In this document: piece by piece, positions 9,053 to 18,163 of the stretch
How positions within the stretch are numbered: the stretch's first letter is position 1
How the letters are laid out: each line of letters opens with the position of its first letter
Origin: an uncultured bacterium
GTDB taxonomy: Bacteria; Patescibacteriota; Minisyncoccia; Phycocordibacterales; UBA9973
Assembly (NCBI GenBank): GCA_937903035.1
Contig: CALCZP010000008.1
Span: 21,551 to 85,550, forward strand
Direction of reading: 5' to 3'
DNA length: 64,000 bases
Made by a program: the position numbers and the translations under genes
Notes under the pieces: model-generated
Told to the model about the DNA's origin: nothing
Databases searched by the model: none
What the model saw: the letters and a program-made list of their open reading frames with translations, nothing else

Positions 9053-9256
9053 TTAAAAAAAAGACGCAAATGCAGGAAATCGAAAAAAAGAAAGTGACTT
9101 TCGTGATTTTCCAAAGCGCTTGAGTATCATTGTATACCGTGCAAACTGGTTTGGGTATCGGTACATGGCCTGCTGTGCAATTTCATTACTTGCAACGATA
9201 CTTTTAATGCGATCAATTTCATGTTCGACAAGACGTTCAAATGGTGTGGTTTTCAT
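9053..9256 (-). CDS. Small ORF (67 aa) between SOS promoter and lexA; alternative single-ORF reading 9053-9370
   Basis: Start MKTTPFERLVEHEIDRIK... preceded by GGAG 9 nt upstream; 1-nt gap to upstream small ORF stop. Confidence 0.35.
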   Translation of the reverse strand: MKTTPFERLVEHEIDRIKSIVASNEIAQQAMYRYPNQFARYTMILKRFGKSRKSLSFFRFPAFASFF

Positions 9257-9257
9257 A

Positions 9258-9449
9258 TTAGAAAGCTCCAGCAAATAATCTCCCAAACAAGCCGGCTGAT
9301 TGTTTGCGTATTGCGATCTTTCGAAGTAATGCTTTGTGCTCGCGAGACTCTGCACTGTATGATTGACCATTTATGATCTTGAGATCAATGCGTTCATTGA
9401 GCCGTCGGATCTTGTTTTCGATTGTTTTGATGTATTGTGTTTGTGACAT
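9258..9449 (-). CDS. Small ORF (63 aa), first gene of the LexA-box-controlled transcript
   Basis: MSQTQYIKTIENKIRRLNERIDLKI...; begins 29 nt downstream of the -10 box. Confidence 0.35.
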   Translation of the reverse strand: MSQTQYIKTIENKIRRLNERIDLKIINGQSYSAESREHKALLRKIAIRKQSAGLFGRLFAGAF

Positions 9450-9485
9450 AGTCTGGGTTGTTATTACTGATAACTCGACCCTTCT

Positions 9486-9514
9486 AGTATAGGTGAACGA
9501 TTGTTCACCGTCAA
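9486..9514 (-). promoter_or_regulatory. Sigma-70 promoter (TTGACG-17-TATACT) with embedded Cheo-type LexA operator GAAC-N4-GTTC
   Basis: Minus strand reads TTGACG gGTGAACAATCGTTCACc TATACT; the GTGAAC/GTTCAC arms (9493-9508) are a perfect inverted repeat matching the Gram-positive SOS box CGAACnnnnGTTCG. Confidence 0.6.
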
Positions 9515-9548
9515 CAAGACTTATCCACAGATATGTTTCTTCCCCCTC

Positions 9549-10682
9549 TTATGACTCGTGTTCAAGCGCTATTTTGATTGCTTCAGTTGCAATAACATGT
9601 GCAGCATCTGCTTTATAAAAATGTTTTGCATGCCCGGTCATGGCATCATACCGATCCTTGTGTTTTAAAATCAGGTCGATTTCATTTTTGAGTACTGATG
9701 AGGTAAGATTTGCCTCCTCAATCACCGTGCATGCTCCAGTACGAGCGTAGTGATATGCATTTTTGCGTTGATGATCCCCATGAAAGATTTCACCCCTACC
9801 AGGTATAATGATAGATGGTTTACCCCATGCGGCAATTTCAAATATGGTTGAGCCAGCACGAGAAACAATTAAGTCACATGCACCACCAAACATCTTGGTC
9901 TCAAGATCAGAAAGGTATGGATAGACTTTGTATCGAGTACGACGAGTATCGTCACCAAGTGTAATGCGTGCATCGGTCTGTATTTCTTCGAACTGTTTTT
10001 TTCCAGTCTGGTGAATAATCTGATAATGCTCAAGGAGGTCGGGCAAAATATTCACGACAGTGTCATTAATAATTTTTGCACCAAGTGATCCCCCGATGAT
10101 CCCAATAACAGGCATCATCTCATCAAGCTCAAAGTATGACTTTGCACCTTCGTTTGCTGCAAGCGCAACACTTCGACGGACTGGCTGTCCTGTTACCGAA
10201 ACTTTTGCTTCATCAAAGTATGTAGCTGCCTCCGGGTATGAGAGTGCGACTTTGCGTGCAAACTTTCCTGACCAGAGGTTAACGCGACCTGGTACTGTAT
10301 CAGACTCATGGATAATGACTGGAATACGTAGAAGCTTTGCTGCAACAAGTGCGGGGAAACTCGCATACCCACCTTTTGAAATGATGACATCAGGATACAG
10401 TTGAAACACTTTGATCAGTGCGCCGATTGTACCAAAGCCTGTTTTGAAAATATCGATGAAATTCTGAAATGAAAAATAGGTGCGGAGTTTGCCAGCGGTG
10501 ATAGGAATAAAGGTCACAAATTGAGCGTCAAAAAGCTCTTTTTGCGAATTCTCGGTCGCCATATAGTAGAGTCTGAAATCTGTATAATGCTCATGATCAG
10601 CGATACGATTGAGCTCTTCTGCAATCGCAAGTAATGGATAGATATGACCGCCTGTTCCTCCTCCTGTCAGTAAGATTTTCAT
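9549..10682 (-). CDS. murG: UDP-GlcNAc:lipid I N-acetylglucosaminyltransferase MurG
   Basis: MKILLTGGGTGGHIYPLLAIAEEL... glycosyltransferase family 28 signature. Confidence 0.9.
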   Translation of the reverse strand: MKILLTGGGTGGHIYPLLAIAEELNRIADHEHYTDFRLYYMATENSQKELFDAQFVTFIPITAGKLRTYFSFQNFIDIFKTGFGTIGALIKVFQLYPDVIISKGGYASFPALVAAKLLRIPVIIHESDTVPGRVNLWSGKFARKVALSYPEAATYFDEAKVSVTGQPVRRSVALAANEGAKSYFELDEMMPVIGIIGGSLGAKIINDTVVNILPDLLEHYQIIHQTGKKQFEEIQTDARITLGDDTRRTRYKVYPYLSDLETKMFGGACDLIVSRAGSTIFEIAAWGKPSIIIPGRGEIFHGDHQRKNAYHYARTGACTVIEEANLTSSVLKNEIDLILKHKDRYDAMTGHAKHFYKADAAHVIATEAIKIALEHES

Positions 10683-10694
10683 ATGATGGGGATA

Positions 10695-11825
10695 TTATAC
10701 CTTCTTTTTGTGACTTTCGTGAGCCGAGACATTGAGCACCATACCAGCAGATGCGAGCGCTATAGCAAGTGACGTCCCTCCATGGCTGATAAACACAAGA
10801 GGTACCCCGGTCAGCGGAAAAAGACCTACGAGGGATGCGATGTTGAGAAATGACTGTCCAACGAGGATTGTCACAATGCCTACCACTAAATATTGCGCAA
10901 AACTATCGGGCGCACCCATAGCAATCTTGTATCCACGAATCGCAAGAAATACATAGAGAATGACCAAGAGGGTACTTCCTACAAAGCCAAATTCTTCCCC
11001 GATCACTGCAAATACCGAGTCACCTTGGGGCTCTGGTAGGTAGTTAAATTTTTGTACACTTTGTCCAAGTCCTCGACCAAAGACACCTCCTGAGCCAATA
11101 GCGATGAGTGACTGCTGGAGCTGATACGATGAGCCACGAGGATCGCTTGAAGGGTTGATATACGTCTTGATACGACTCATGACGTATGGTCGCGCAAATG
11201 CGAGTATAACGATCGCCAGAAGTCCTATACCGATAATCATGGCAACTTTTTTCCATGAAACTCCTGAGACAAACAACATGCCGCACGCGGCTGCAGTGAT
11301 AAGGATGAGACTTTTGGTATCAGGCTGCCTGAGCAGCACTGCGGCGACAATGGTGAGCAGGATCATGAACGGCACGATTTTGTTTTTGAAATCCCCGCCT
11401 TTCTTGTGCATCCAGGCAAGCCATGCAGAAAAATAAATGACAAAACCAAGCTTCAAAAGTTCTGCTGGCTGAAATGATACCGGTCCGATCGAGATCCATC
11501 GTCTCGCACCACCGTGCGCAAAGCCAAGTCCTGGCACAAAGACACATGCGGTGAGCACAACTGTCCCAATAAATATATAAAACGCATGTTTGCGCCAAAA
11601 CGTATAGGGGATTTTCATGGTCGCCCAAAGCCCTGCAAGCCCAAATACAAAGCCGAGTACTATTTGGTTGAAGAGTACACCATAAAACTTGGATTCACTG
11701 CGAGCAAGAATACCAAGTGATGCTGAGACGAATGCAAACAGGCCAACCAAGCTGATCAGCAACACAATGATCAGAAAATACCGATCAAACTGCATAGGCT
11801 TCAGATGGAGCTTCTTTTTGACCAT
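10695..11825 (-). CDS. ftsW: SEDS-family peptidoglycan polymerase FtsW/RodA (FtsW by dcw context)
   Basis: 10 TM; GARRWISIGPVSFQPAELLKLGFVIYFSAWLA SEDS core; between mraY and murG. Confidence 0.85.
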   Translation of the reverse strand: MVKKKLHLKPMQFDRYFLIIVLLISLVGLFAFVSASLGILARSESKFYGVLFNQIVLGFVFGLAGLWATMKIPYTFWRKHAFYIFIGTVVLTACVFVPGLGFAHGGARRWISIGPVSFQPAELLKLGFVIYFSAWLAWMHKKGGDFKNKIVPFMILLTIVAAVLLRQPDTKSLILITAAACGMLFVSGVSWKKVAMIIGIGLLAIVILAFARPYVMSRIKTYINPSSDPRGSSYQLQQSLIAIGSGGVFGRGLGQSVQKFNYLPEPQGDSVFAVIGEEFGFVGSTLLVILYVFLAIRGYKIAMGAPDSFAQYLVVGIVTILVGQSFLNIASLVGLFPLTGVPLVFISHGGTSLAIALASAGMVLNVSAHESHKKKV

Positions 11826-11828
11826 AGA

Positions 11829-12890
11829 TTAGCTAACGAGCGCAAGTACTACACCAATAATCGCGCAAATGGTTGTGACCACCCAGTATCTCATCACCAC
11901 TTTTTCCTTTGACCATCCTATAGCACGGAAGTGATGATGGAGTGGCGCAATCTTGAATACTCGTCGCTTGCCACAGTATTTATAGCTCCCAATCTGGAGA
12001 AGTACAGAGACCGTTGTCATGGTGAGTGGAAATGCAATGAGTGGAAGCAGAAGGACTGTATCAGTCAGAAATGCAACGACGGTGAGCACTACCGTGAGTC
12101 CGAGCATGCCAGTCTCACCCATATAAAATCGTGCAGGTGGAATATTGAACCAGAGAAATGCAAGTATGCCACCTGAAATCACGCCACAGAGCGCAGCGAT
12201 ATCGATCATGTTTTTCCCAAACGCAATCGCCGCAAATGCCGCAAAGACAATCGCAAGTACACCACCGGCAAGTCCATCGAGTCCATCAATCACACTGGTC
12301 GAGTATGTCGCAAGCATGACAATGATGAATACGGGAACAAAGAACGCACCGAGTACGAGTGGCGTACCAAACGGAATCGCAATACTGGCCACTCCGAGCT
12401 TGAAGTAAAACCATGACCCCACGGCGATTGCGATCACGAGCACTGACGCAATCTTGAGATAGCGATACTCAAGCGCATCATTTGCAGCCTTGCCGTCGCC
12501 GCCCTTTATCTGTACATAGTCATCAAAAAGTCCGATAAACGCACCAAGCAAGAGACTACCAAGTGGTACCAATGTCTGACTCTTTGAAAAGAAATCAAGC
12601 TTTGATGAGAGATCGGATGGAAACGCACGAGAAATGATCCAGATGAGTGCGACACAAATGATCACTGAAAGCCAAATGATGATACCTCCGACCCGAGGAG
12701 TGGAGACTTCGGCAGACGCATCATGCACACTTGCAAAGTCTTTGTTGGTAATGTCGCCTGCATCGCTACGAATTTTCTTTTTCCAGAGCTTGTGGGCGTA
12801 CATGTAGTCAGTAAGTCGTGGTGTGATCGCAATACCGACAATGAACGCAAGTGCTGTGGGGAGGAAAATTTTGATGACGTTTAATATCAT
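11829..12890 (-). CDS. mraY: Phospho-N-acetylmuramoyl-pentapeptide transferase MraY
   Basis: Polytopic membrane protein with MraY-type loops (DDYVQIKGGDGKA..., ...VIDGLDGLAGG, HHHFR near the C-terminus). Confidence 0.9.
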   Translation of the reverse strand: MILNVIKIFLPTALAFIVGIAITPRLTDYMYAHKLWKKKIRSDAGDITNKDFASVHDASAEVSTPRVGGIIIWLSVIICVALIWIISRAFPSDLSSKLDFFSKSQTLVPLGSLLLGAFIGLFDDYVQIKGGDGKAANDALEYRYLKIASVLVIAIAVGSWFYFKLGVASIAIPFGTPLVLGAFFVPVFIIVMLATYSTSVIDGLDGLAGGVLAIVFAAFAAIAFGKNMIDIAALCGVISGGILAFLWFNIPPARFYMGETGMLGLTVVLTVVAFLTDTVLLLPLIAFPLTMTTVSVLLQIGSYKYCGKRRVFKIAPLHHHFRAIGWSKEKVVMRYWVVTTICAIIGVVLALVS

Positions 12891-12892
12891 GA

Positions 12893-13405
12893 TTAGATTT
12901 CTCGTTTTAGTAATGTCTCGATCTTCTGCTTGGTCTCAGTATACTGCGGCAAACTCTCGACTGATGATACACCGTAGTGCTCCAAAAGTTGCAGTGTTGG
13001 CGCATAGCCTTTATCCTTGGATTCGATCAGTCCCCGGATTTGGAGCGCACGCAGACTATATGAGGAGTTCACGCCACGAATAAATTCAATCTCAGCCTTG
13101 GTTGCGCCAGTATGGTACGCAATGATAGCGAGGACTTCAGCAGAAGCCTTTGAAAGGTCTTTTGAAAGCTCTTCTTTGCGGACTGATGCGAGGAGCTCGC
13201 TATGCTCTGGTGTTGTGGCAAGGACGACATCAGTTCCCTGTCGTACGATACTAAATGCATGCTCAGTAAGTGCTTGTGCAAGCTCATCAACTGCCGCAAC
13301 TACCGCTTCATCATCTACACTGAGTCGCTTTGCTAGCGCCGAAATACTCCAGGACTCTGCAGTCGCAAACAGGAGAGCTTCAATTTGTACTGCAAGTGGT
13401 GACAT
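12893..13405 (-). CDS. scpB: Segregation and condensation protein B
   Basis: IEALLFATAESWSISALAK... tandem wHTH typical of ScpB. Confidence 0.8.
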   Translation of the reverse strand: MSPLAVQIEALLFATAESWSISALAKRLSVDDEAVVAAVDELAQALTEHAFSIVRQGTDVVLATTPEHSELLASVRKEELSKDLSKASAEVLAIIAYHTGATKAEIEFIRGVNSSYSLRALQIRGLIESKDKGYAPTLQLLEHYGVSSVESLPQYTETKQKIETLLKREI

Positions 13406-14176
13406 TTAAATATAATCAGTCTGTATTTCTTCGGGTGCGATAGTCGCAGCTTGTTTCTCAAGGCTAATATCAGCAAAGAGTTCGTCTTGCTCAGCAGCAA
13501 GAAGTCCCCGTCTTACAAGCTCTAGCATACCAAGAAATGAGACAATCGTGTAGACACGCTGACTCTTGTCATCGCCATCCGGTGACTGCACACGGAGATC
13601 ATTGAACGATAGCTTCTGCATCGCACGCTCAATCCGCTCAGTGAGTGTGACCAATACCTCAGTAATACTAATCGTCTTATAGACGCGAGCCTCGGGTTTC
13701 TTGGCCTCAGGGATAGGCATGCGCACTGCCGTCTCGTGAATGAGCCCGGGCAACATATCGACAGTGAGTTTCTCATCAGGCGCAAATACGGCTCCTGGCA
13801 TGCGACTCACGCCTTCAAATGAGACGCGCTTGCCATAGAGACGCATCATATCTCCTGATACTTGGGAAATGATCTGGTAGAGTGCCACACGACGCTCAAG
13901 ATCGGTTATCGATGCGGACTCTTCGGTCGTGAGCTCAAGATTTGGGAGCAGTGATCGCGCCTTGATGAGGATAAGTGTAGCTGCAACCGAGAGAAAGCTT
14001 GCTACCGTATCAGGATGCATGCCGCGACCTTGGATATATGCAACAAAATCATCGGTGACTGACGCCAGTGAGACAGCGTTCACAAACAGCTTTCGCTTCT
14101 CGATGAGTTCAAGCAAGACCTCAATCGGTCCTTCAAAGACTTCGTGCTTAACAATAAAAGCAGTACCATTTTCCAT
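13406..14176 (-). CDS. scpA: Segregation and condensation protein A (kleisin)
   Basis: FEGPIEVLLELIEKRKLFVNAVSLASVTDDF N-terminal ScpA motif. Confidence 0.8.
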   Translation of the reverse strand: MENGTAFIVKHEVFEGPIEVLLELIEKRKLFVNAVSLASVTDDFVAYIQGRGMHPDTVASFLSVAATLILIKARSLLPNLELTTEESASITDLERRVALYQIISQVSGDMMRLYGKRVSFEGVSRMPGAVFAPDEKLTVDMLPGLIHETAVRMPIPEAKKPEARVYKTISITEVLVTLTERIERAMQKLSFNDLRVQSPDGDDKSQRVYTIVSFLGMLELVRRGLLAAEQDELFADISLEKQAATIAPEEIQTDYI

Positions 14177-14266
14177 GTATTTGTATAGTATACCGCGTTA
14201 CGCTTTATTCGTCTGAATATTTGACATTTTTTATATATAATGTAATGTGATTTCAAACGAAACGAT

Positions 14267-14572
14267 ATGAGTGAGACATATGAAAGTCTTGGTCACAAAT
14301 CATCGGTGTGTCAAAAAATTGGGTATCCTAGCAAAGAAATTGCTGACAGAGCATTATGGCGCATCAAACACAGTCTTGGTCGAAACAAAAAACCAACTCG
14401 ATCATATGAATGTGATGACTGTCATGAATGGCACCTTACTTCACTCCCCTATGGGCGCTATAAAGCAAGTAAAGATTTTGAACAAAGAAATTCAAATAAT
14501 TTTACTTTACAGTATCAGTCGCGATGGGAAGCACTTTTTGAAACACACGAAACAGACCATGTAGAAACTTAA
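14267..14572 (+). CDS. Hypothetical small protein (101 aa) with C..C/H cluster (YECDDCHEWH)
   Basis: ORF diverging from scpA; followed by strong terminator; competing frame ORF 14271-14564 considered less likely. Confidence 0.4.
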   Translation: MSETYESLGHKSSVCQKIGYPSKEIADRALWRIKHSLGRNKKPTRSYECDDCHEWHLTSLPYGRYKASKDFEQRNSNNFTLQYQSRWEALFETHETDHVET

Positions 14573-14608
14573 ATCCCCCTTTGTTGTAGATCAAAGGGGG
14601 ATTTTTTC
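14573..14608. terminator. Bidirectional terminator between 14267-14572 (+) and aspS (-)
   Basis: ATCCCCCTTTGttgtagatCAAAGGGGGAT + TTTTTT. Confidence 0.65.
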
Positions 14609-16036
14609 TTATTTCTTTTCTATCTTCTTCAAGACAATATTGAGCTCATCAAGTTGTTTTTGAGCGACGATTGATGGTGCATTCATCATAGGGTCCTTGC
14701 CTTCGCCAGTCTTTGGGAATGCAATCACCTCACGAATGTTTGGTTCGTTGAGGAGGAGCATGATGAATCTGTCGAGACCCCATGCAATACCCCCATGTGG
14801 TGGTGTGCCGACCTTGAATGCCTGGAGCATATGACCAAAGTCTTCCTCGATCTTCTCGCCTGCATGGCCCAGGATTTCAAACACACGCATGAGCGCCTCA
14901 AAGTTGTGGTTGCGGATAGAACCACCACCAATCTCATATCCATTGAGACAAATGTCGTACTGGGTCGTGAGAATAGCACCGATGTCACGCTTTTCCATCA
15001 AGTTGGGCATATGCTCAGGAATAGGACGTGAGAACGGATTGTGCGTATAGGTCCATGAGCCCGTTGCATCAGGATTGTCTGACTTTTCAGTTGCTTCAAA
15101 GAATGGAAAGTCTACTACCCAGCAAAATGCAAGGAGATCAGGATCATTCTTGTCTTCACGGATATCAGGACGGTCATTGCCATATTTCTCCATTGCATCC
15201 TTGTACGAAATGCGTGGGAATGGAATTTGCTGAATCTTCTTTTCTGGGAAGAGCTTGGTCACAATGTCGATCAGCAGTGCTTCGTTGACTGCCATGACAT
15301 CATCACGCTCTACAAAGCTCATTTCCATATCAAGCTGGGTAAACTCTGGCTGACGATCGCCGCGAGTGTCCTCGTCACGCATACATTTTGCTACCTGGAA
15401 ATACCGCTCGATACCACCGGTCATGAGGAGCTGCTTGTACTGCTGCGGTGATTGTGGGAGTGCGTAGAATGTCCCTGGATAGACACGAGATGGTACGACG
15501 TAGTCACGCGCACCTTCAGGCGTACTCTTGGTGAGGATCGGTGTTTCAACTTCGATAAATTTCTCACCATGCAGGTAGGTACGCACATGATTGATCACTG
15601 CATCACGAGTACGAATGTTGCGCTGCATACGAGCGCTGCGAAGATCGAGATATCGATGCTTGAGACGGACTTCCTCGTTCACTTCCTTGGTATCAACATT
15701 GATCTCAAACGGGAGTGGCTCTGCGTGGTTGAGGATGGTGATAGCAGTGACTTCAAGCTCGATGTCGCCATTTTGCTTGTCAGCCTGCACATTGCGCTCT
15801 GGGCGTTTATTGACAATACCTTCGACTGATACGACCGTCTCAGGACGTGCAGTCTTGGCAATCTCAATAACCTCAGGACGGTTTGGAAGGACGACACCCT
15901 GGATCATGCCAGTCATGTCACGGAAGTCAAAAAAGACCATCTTGCCCTGGTCGCGACGAACGTCGATCCAGCCTTTGATAAGTATTGTTTCGCCAGCTTG
16001 TGCCCCGGCGTCAGCGATATAGGTTCTGTTTGTCAT
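14609..16036 (-). CDS. aspS: Aspartate--tRNA ligase, short (archaeal/type-2-like, no GAD insertion); AsnRS not fully excluded
   Basis: Class II motifs: ...FRDMTGMIQGV (anticodon-binding OB), QSPQQYKQLLM, GGGSIRNHNFEALMRVF, GTPPHGGIAWGLDRFIMLL; 475 aa; T-box leader upstream has discriminator-pairing C consistent with tRNA-Asp/Asn G73. Confidence 0.7.
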   Translation of the reverse strand: MTNRTYIADAGAQAGETILIKGWIDVRRDQGKMVFFDFRDMTGMIQGVVLPNRPEVIEIAKTARPETVVSVEGIVNKRPERNVQADKQNGDIELEVTAITILNHAEPLPFEINVDTKEVNEEVRLKHRYLDLRSARMQRNIRTRDAVINHVRTYLHGEKFIEVETPILTKSTPEGARDYVVPSRVYPGTFYALPQSPQQYKQLLMTGGIERYFQVAKCMRDEDTRGDRQPEFTQLDMEMSFVERDDVMAVNEALLIDIVTKLFPEKKIQQIPFPRISYKDAMEKYGNDRPDIREDKNDPDLLAFCWVVDFPFFEATEKSDNPDATGSWTYTHNPFSRPIPEHMPNLMEKRDIGAILTTQYDICLNGYEIGGGSIRNHNFEALMRVFEILGHAGEKIEEDFGHMLQAFKVGTPPHGGIAWGLDRFIMLLLNEPNIREVIAFPKTGEGKDPMMNAPSIVAQKQLDELNIVLKKIEKK

Positions 16037-16231
16037 GTTATTTAGAGATGAAGAGGGGTCAATAAAAAAATCACCTCTTCGAACTTACATTTGTAAATTC
16101 GCAGGGGCGATCTTTCGAAGGAACGCGGTGCCACCCTACTTTTGGTCTCTGGTATCTTATCCTCGCCTCCCTGGTGTCAGCAGTTCATCAGCTAAAATAT
16201 CTACCATTGAACTATACCAAAAATCCCGAAT
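16037..16231 (-). promoter_or_regulatory. T-box riboswitch leader of aspS (core T-box at 16124-16141)
   Basis: Minus strand AAGTAGGGTGGCACCGCG matches the T-box consensus AATTAGGGTGGNACCGCG at 16/18; downstream hairpin CUUCGAA...UUCGAAG then UGAUUUUUUUAUUG; UGAUGA and GACA (Asp codon + A) upstream. Confidence 0.6.
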
Positions 16232-16235
16232 AAAA

Positions 16236-16256
16236 AAAGCCCCGGTAAGGGGCTTT
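16236..16256 (-). terminator. Terminator after ABC transporter gene
   Basis: Minus strand AAAGCCCCttacCGGGGCTTTTTTT. Confidence 0.6.
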
Positions 16257-16271
16257 AAGAAATATACTTCT

Positions 16272-18071
16272 CTAAGACAAAGAAAGTGGTACGAGGCGGG
16301 ATGCATCATGCAGCTTTTTGAACACACCATTCTTTATAGTCAGAAGTTCTTGCTTTGGACCATTTTCTACAATACATCCTTCACTTAGTACAATAACTCG
16401 ATCCACCATATCTAATGTGTTGAACTGATGAGAGATAATCAAGCATGTCTTTCCTTTCGATATACTGTCGTAAGAACGTACAATATCAAGTAAGGCTTCA
16501 GTATCAAGCGAAGCGGTAAATTCATCAAGTACAAGCAGTTTAGGATCTTTACATGCAACACCAGCAAGTCCAATTTTTTGACTTTGACCACCAGAAAGTT
16601 TTGTTGAATCGTCAAAAATCTTACTGATTTTATGGTTGAGTCCGTGTTTAAACTTGCGAATTGACGTATCCATCCCAACAGCTTCAAGTGAACGCCATAG
16701 TTCATGTTCTGAAAAAGACTTTCGAAAATTAAACGCAGCAAGTGTGAATCGCACACTGCCTTCAAGTAGGCGAAAATCTTGGAATAGAACACCAGTAATT
16801 GCAAGCAGTGAATCACGATTGATTAGCTTGATGTCCATGCCGTTAATAAGGATTGAGCCCTCTGTTACGTCGTAAAAACGAAGCAATAGTAATGCGAGTG
16901 TCGTTTTACCTTCACCGTTTTTACCAACTAGACCAACTCGTTCCCCACTTTTAATACTGAATGAGCAGTTCCGCAGTATCCATTGTTCACTTTCAGGATA
17001 CTTAAACCATACATTTCGAAATTCAATAAATGGAGCACTGGTATCATCTACTTGTTTTGCATTTGCTGCGTCACTTATCGCTGGTTCACCCTCTACTACT
17101 AGATAGAAATCCTCGGCTTTCTTGATTGTAATCCCAAGTGTAACGATTTTTTCACTGATAAATGTCAATGAATCAGAAAGTCTATTAAAGGAGTTGAAGA
17201 ATACAAAAAGGACGCCTATTGTTTGCTTTCCTTGTCCGATTTGATAGGTCAGATACAAAAGCAGCAGGGCTTCTGCCGTGAAAAACAACACATCATTGAG
17301 CCAGTTGATCCGAAAGAAATGAATGGTGTTTTTTAAATTTACCCCACTGATTTTCAAGCGAAGTGAATTGAATAGATCCATTGCATGGGTATTTGCTTGA
17401 TTGATACGAGCATCTTTGCTACCCATAAACCCTGATAATGCTCCTTGATACCGTTCGAGTTCTTTTCTTTTTTTCTCATTCTTGTATTGACGTTTTTTTC
17501 TATTCCAAATACGATACATACGAGGAAATACGATAAAAAGAAGCAGTATTGGTCCCCACCAAACGATATAACACAGTGTTACTAATGCAACAGTCAGTAT
17601 TATAGTGTTATGGATGAGGTCAATTTCAGTTTGCAGTACCTCACTAATGGCACCTTGATTGTTTCGAGCATTTGCAAGTGCATCTTGCATTTTTTTACTC
17701 TCACGATCTTGGAGATCATACTTTGTATATGACTTCCAAAATATTGTTTGCACCCGATCATTGATAGCTCTTGCAATTCTCTGTGTAAGCGTATTGCGAT
17801 AATACGATATCGACCGAAACGTTACATCTACTGCACCATTAAGAAAAATTAAGGTAATAATACTTAGATTTTCTAATAGATGCGATTGGTGACTTAATTT
17901 ATTCATAAGCTCACCAAAGAGCCACGAGCCGATAAGCCACCACTGACTACCAACAGCAAGTAATACTAATGAAAATACTACTGAGCGACGCATTTTTCGT
18001 GGAATAAACTGGCGATTTGTTTTTGCCAATAAGCTGAAAAATCCTTTGGTTTTTTGGCCAATTTTTGCCAT
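16272..18071 (-). CDS. ABC exporter, fused permease/ATPase (half-transporter)
   Basis: 6-TM N-terminal domain; Walker A GLVGKNGEGKTT; signature LSGGQSQKIGLA; Walker B LLVLDEFTASLD. Confidence 0.85.
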   Translation of the reverse strand: MAKIGQKTKGFFSLLAKTNRQFIPRKMRRSVVFSLVLLAVGSQWWLIGSWLFGELMNKLSHQSHLLENLSIITLIFLNGAVDVTFRSISYYRNTLTQRIARAINDRVQTIFWKSYTKYDLQDRESKKMQDALANARNNQGAISEVLQTEIDLIHNTIILTVALVTLCYIVWWGPILLLFIVFPRMYRIWNRKKRQYKNEKKRKELERYQGALSGFMGSKDARINQANTHAMDLFNSLRLKISGVNLKNTIHFFRINWLNDVLFFTAEALLLLYLTYQIGQGKQTIGVLFVFFNSFNRLSDSLTFISEKIVTLGITIKKAEDFYLVVEGEPAISDAANAKQVDDTSAPFIEFRNVWFKYPESEQWILRNCSFSIKSGERVGLVGKNGEGKTTLALLLLRFYDVTEGSILINGMDIKLINRDSLLAITGVLFQDFRLLEGSVRFTLAAFNFRKSFSEHELWRSLEAVGMDTSIRKFKHGLNHKISKIFDDSTKLSGGQSQKIGLAGVACKDPKLLVLDEFTASLDTEALLDIVRSYDSISKGKTCLIISHQFNTLDMVDRVIVLSEGCIVENGPKQELLTIKNGVFKKLHDASRLVPLSLS

Positions 18072-18163
18072 ACATATTAAGTTTTAAAGGTGAAAAATGT
18101 TGTTTTATTTTTTCAATATTATACTTATTTTTTATAATAAGTCAAATACTTCTATATGAATTA

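Noticed and set aside
9053-9370. Single 105-aa ORF instead of two small ORFs upstream of lexA
   Set aside because: Not fully rejected, but the two-ORF model gives a 1-nt junction with a GGAG RBS before the second ORF; both models lack homology support
14221-14241. TTGACA followed by TATAAT upstream of the 14267 gene
   Set aside because: Spacer is only 9 nt, so this is not a functional sigma-70 geometry as drawn; the real promoter is unclear
15452-16022. Multiple 70-140-aa ORFs antisense or out-of-frame within aspS, the ABC transporter genes, valS, leuS, dnaB and others
   Set aside because: They lie within strongly supported long genes, lack motifs and are typical shadow ORFs
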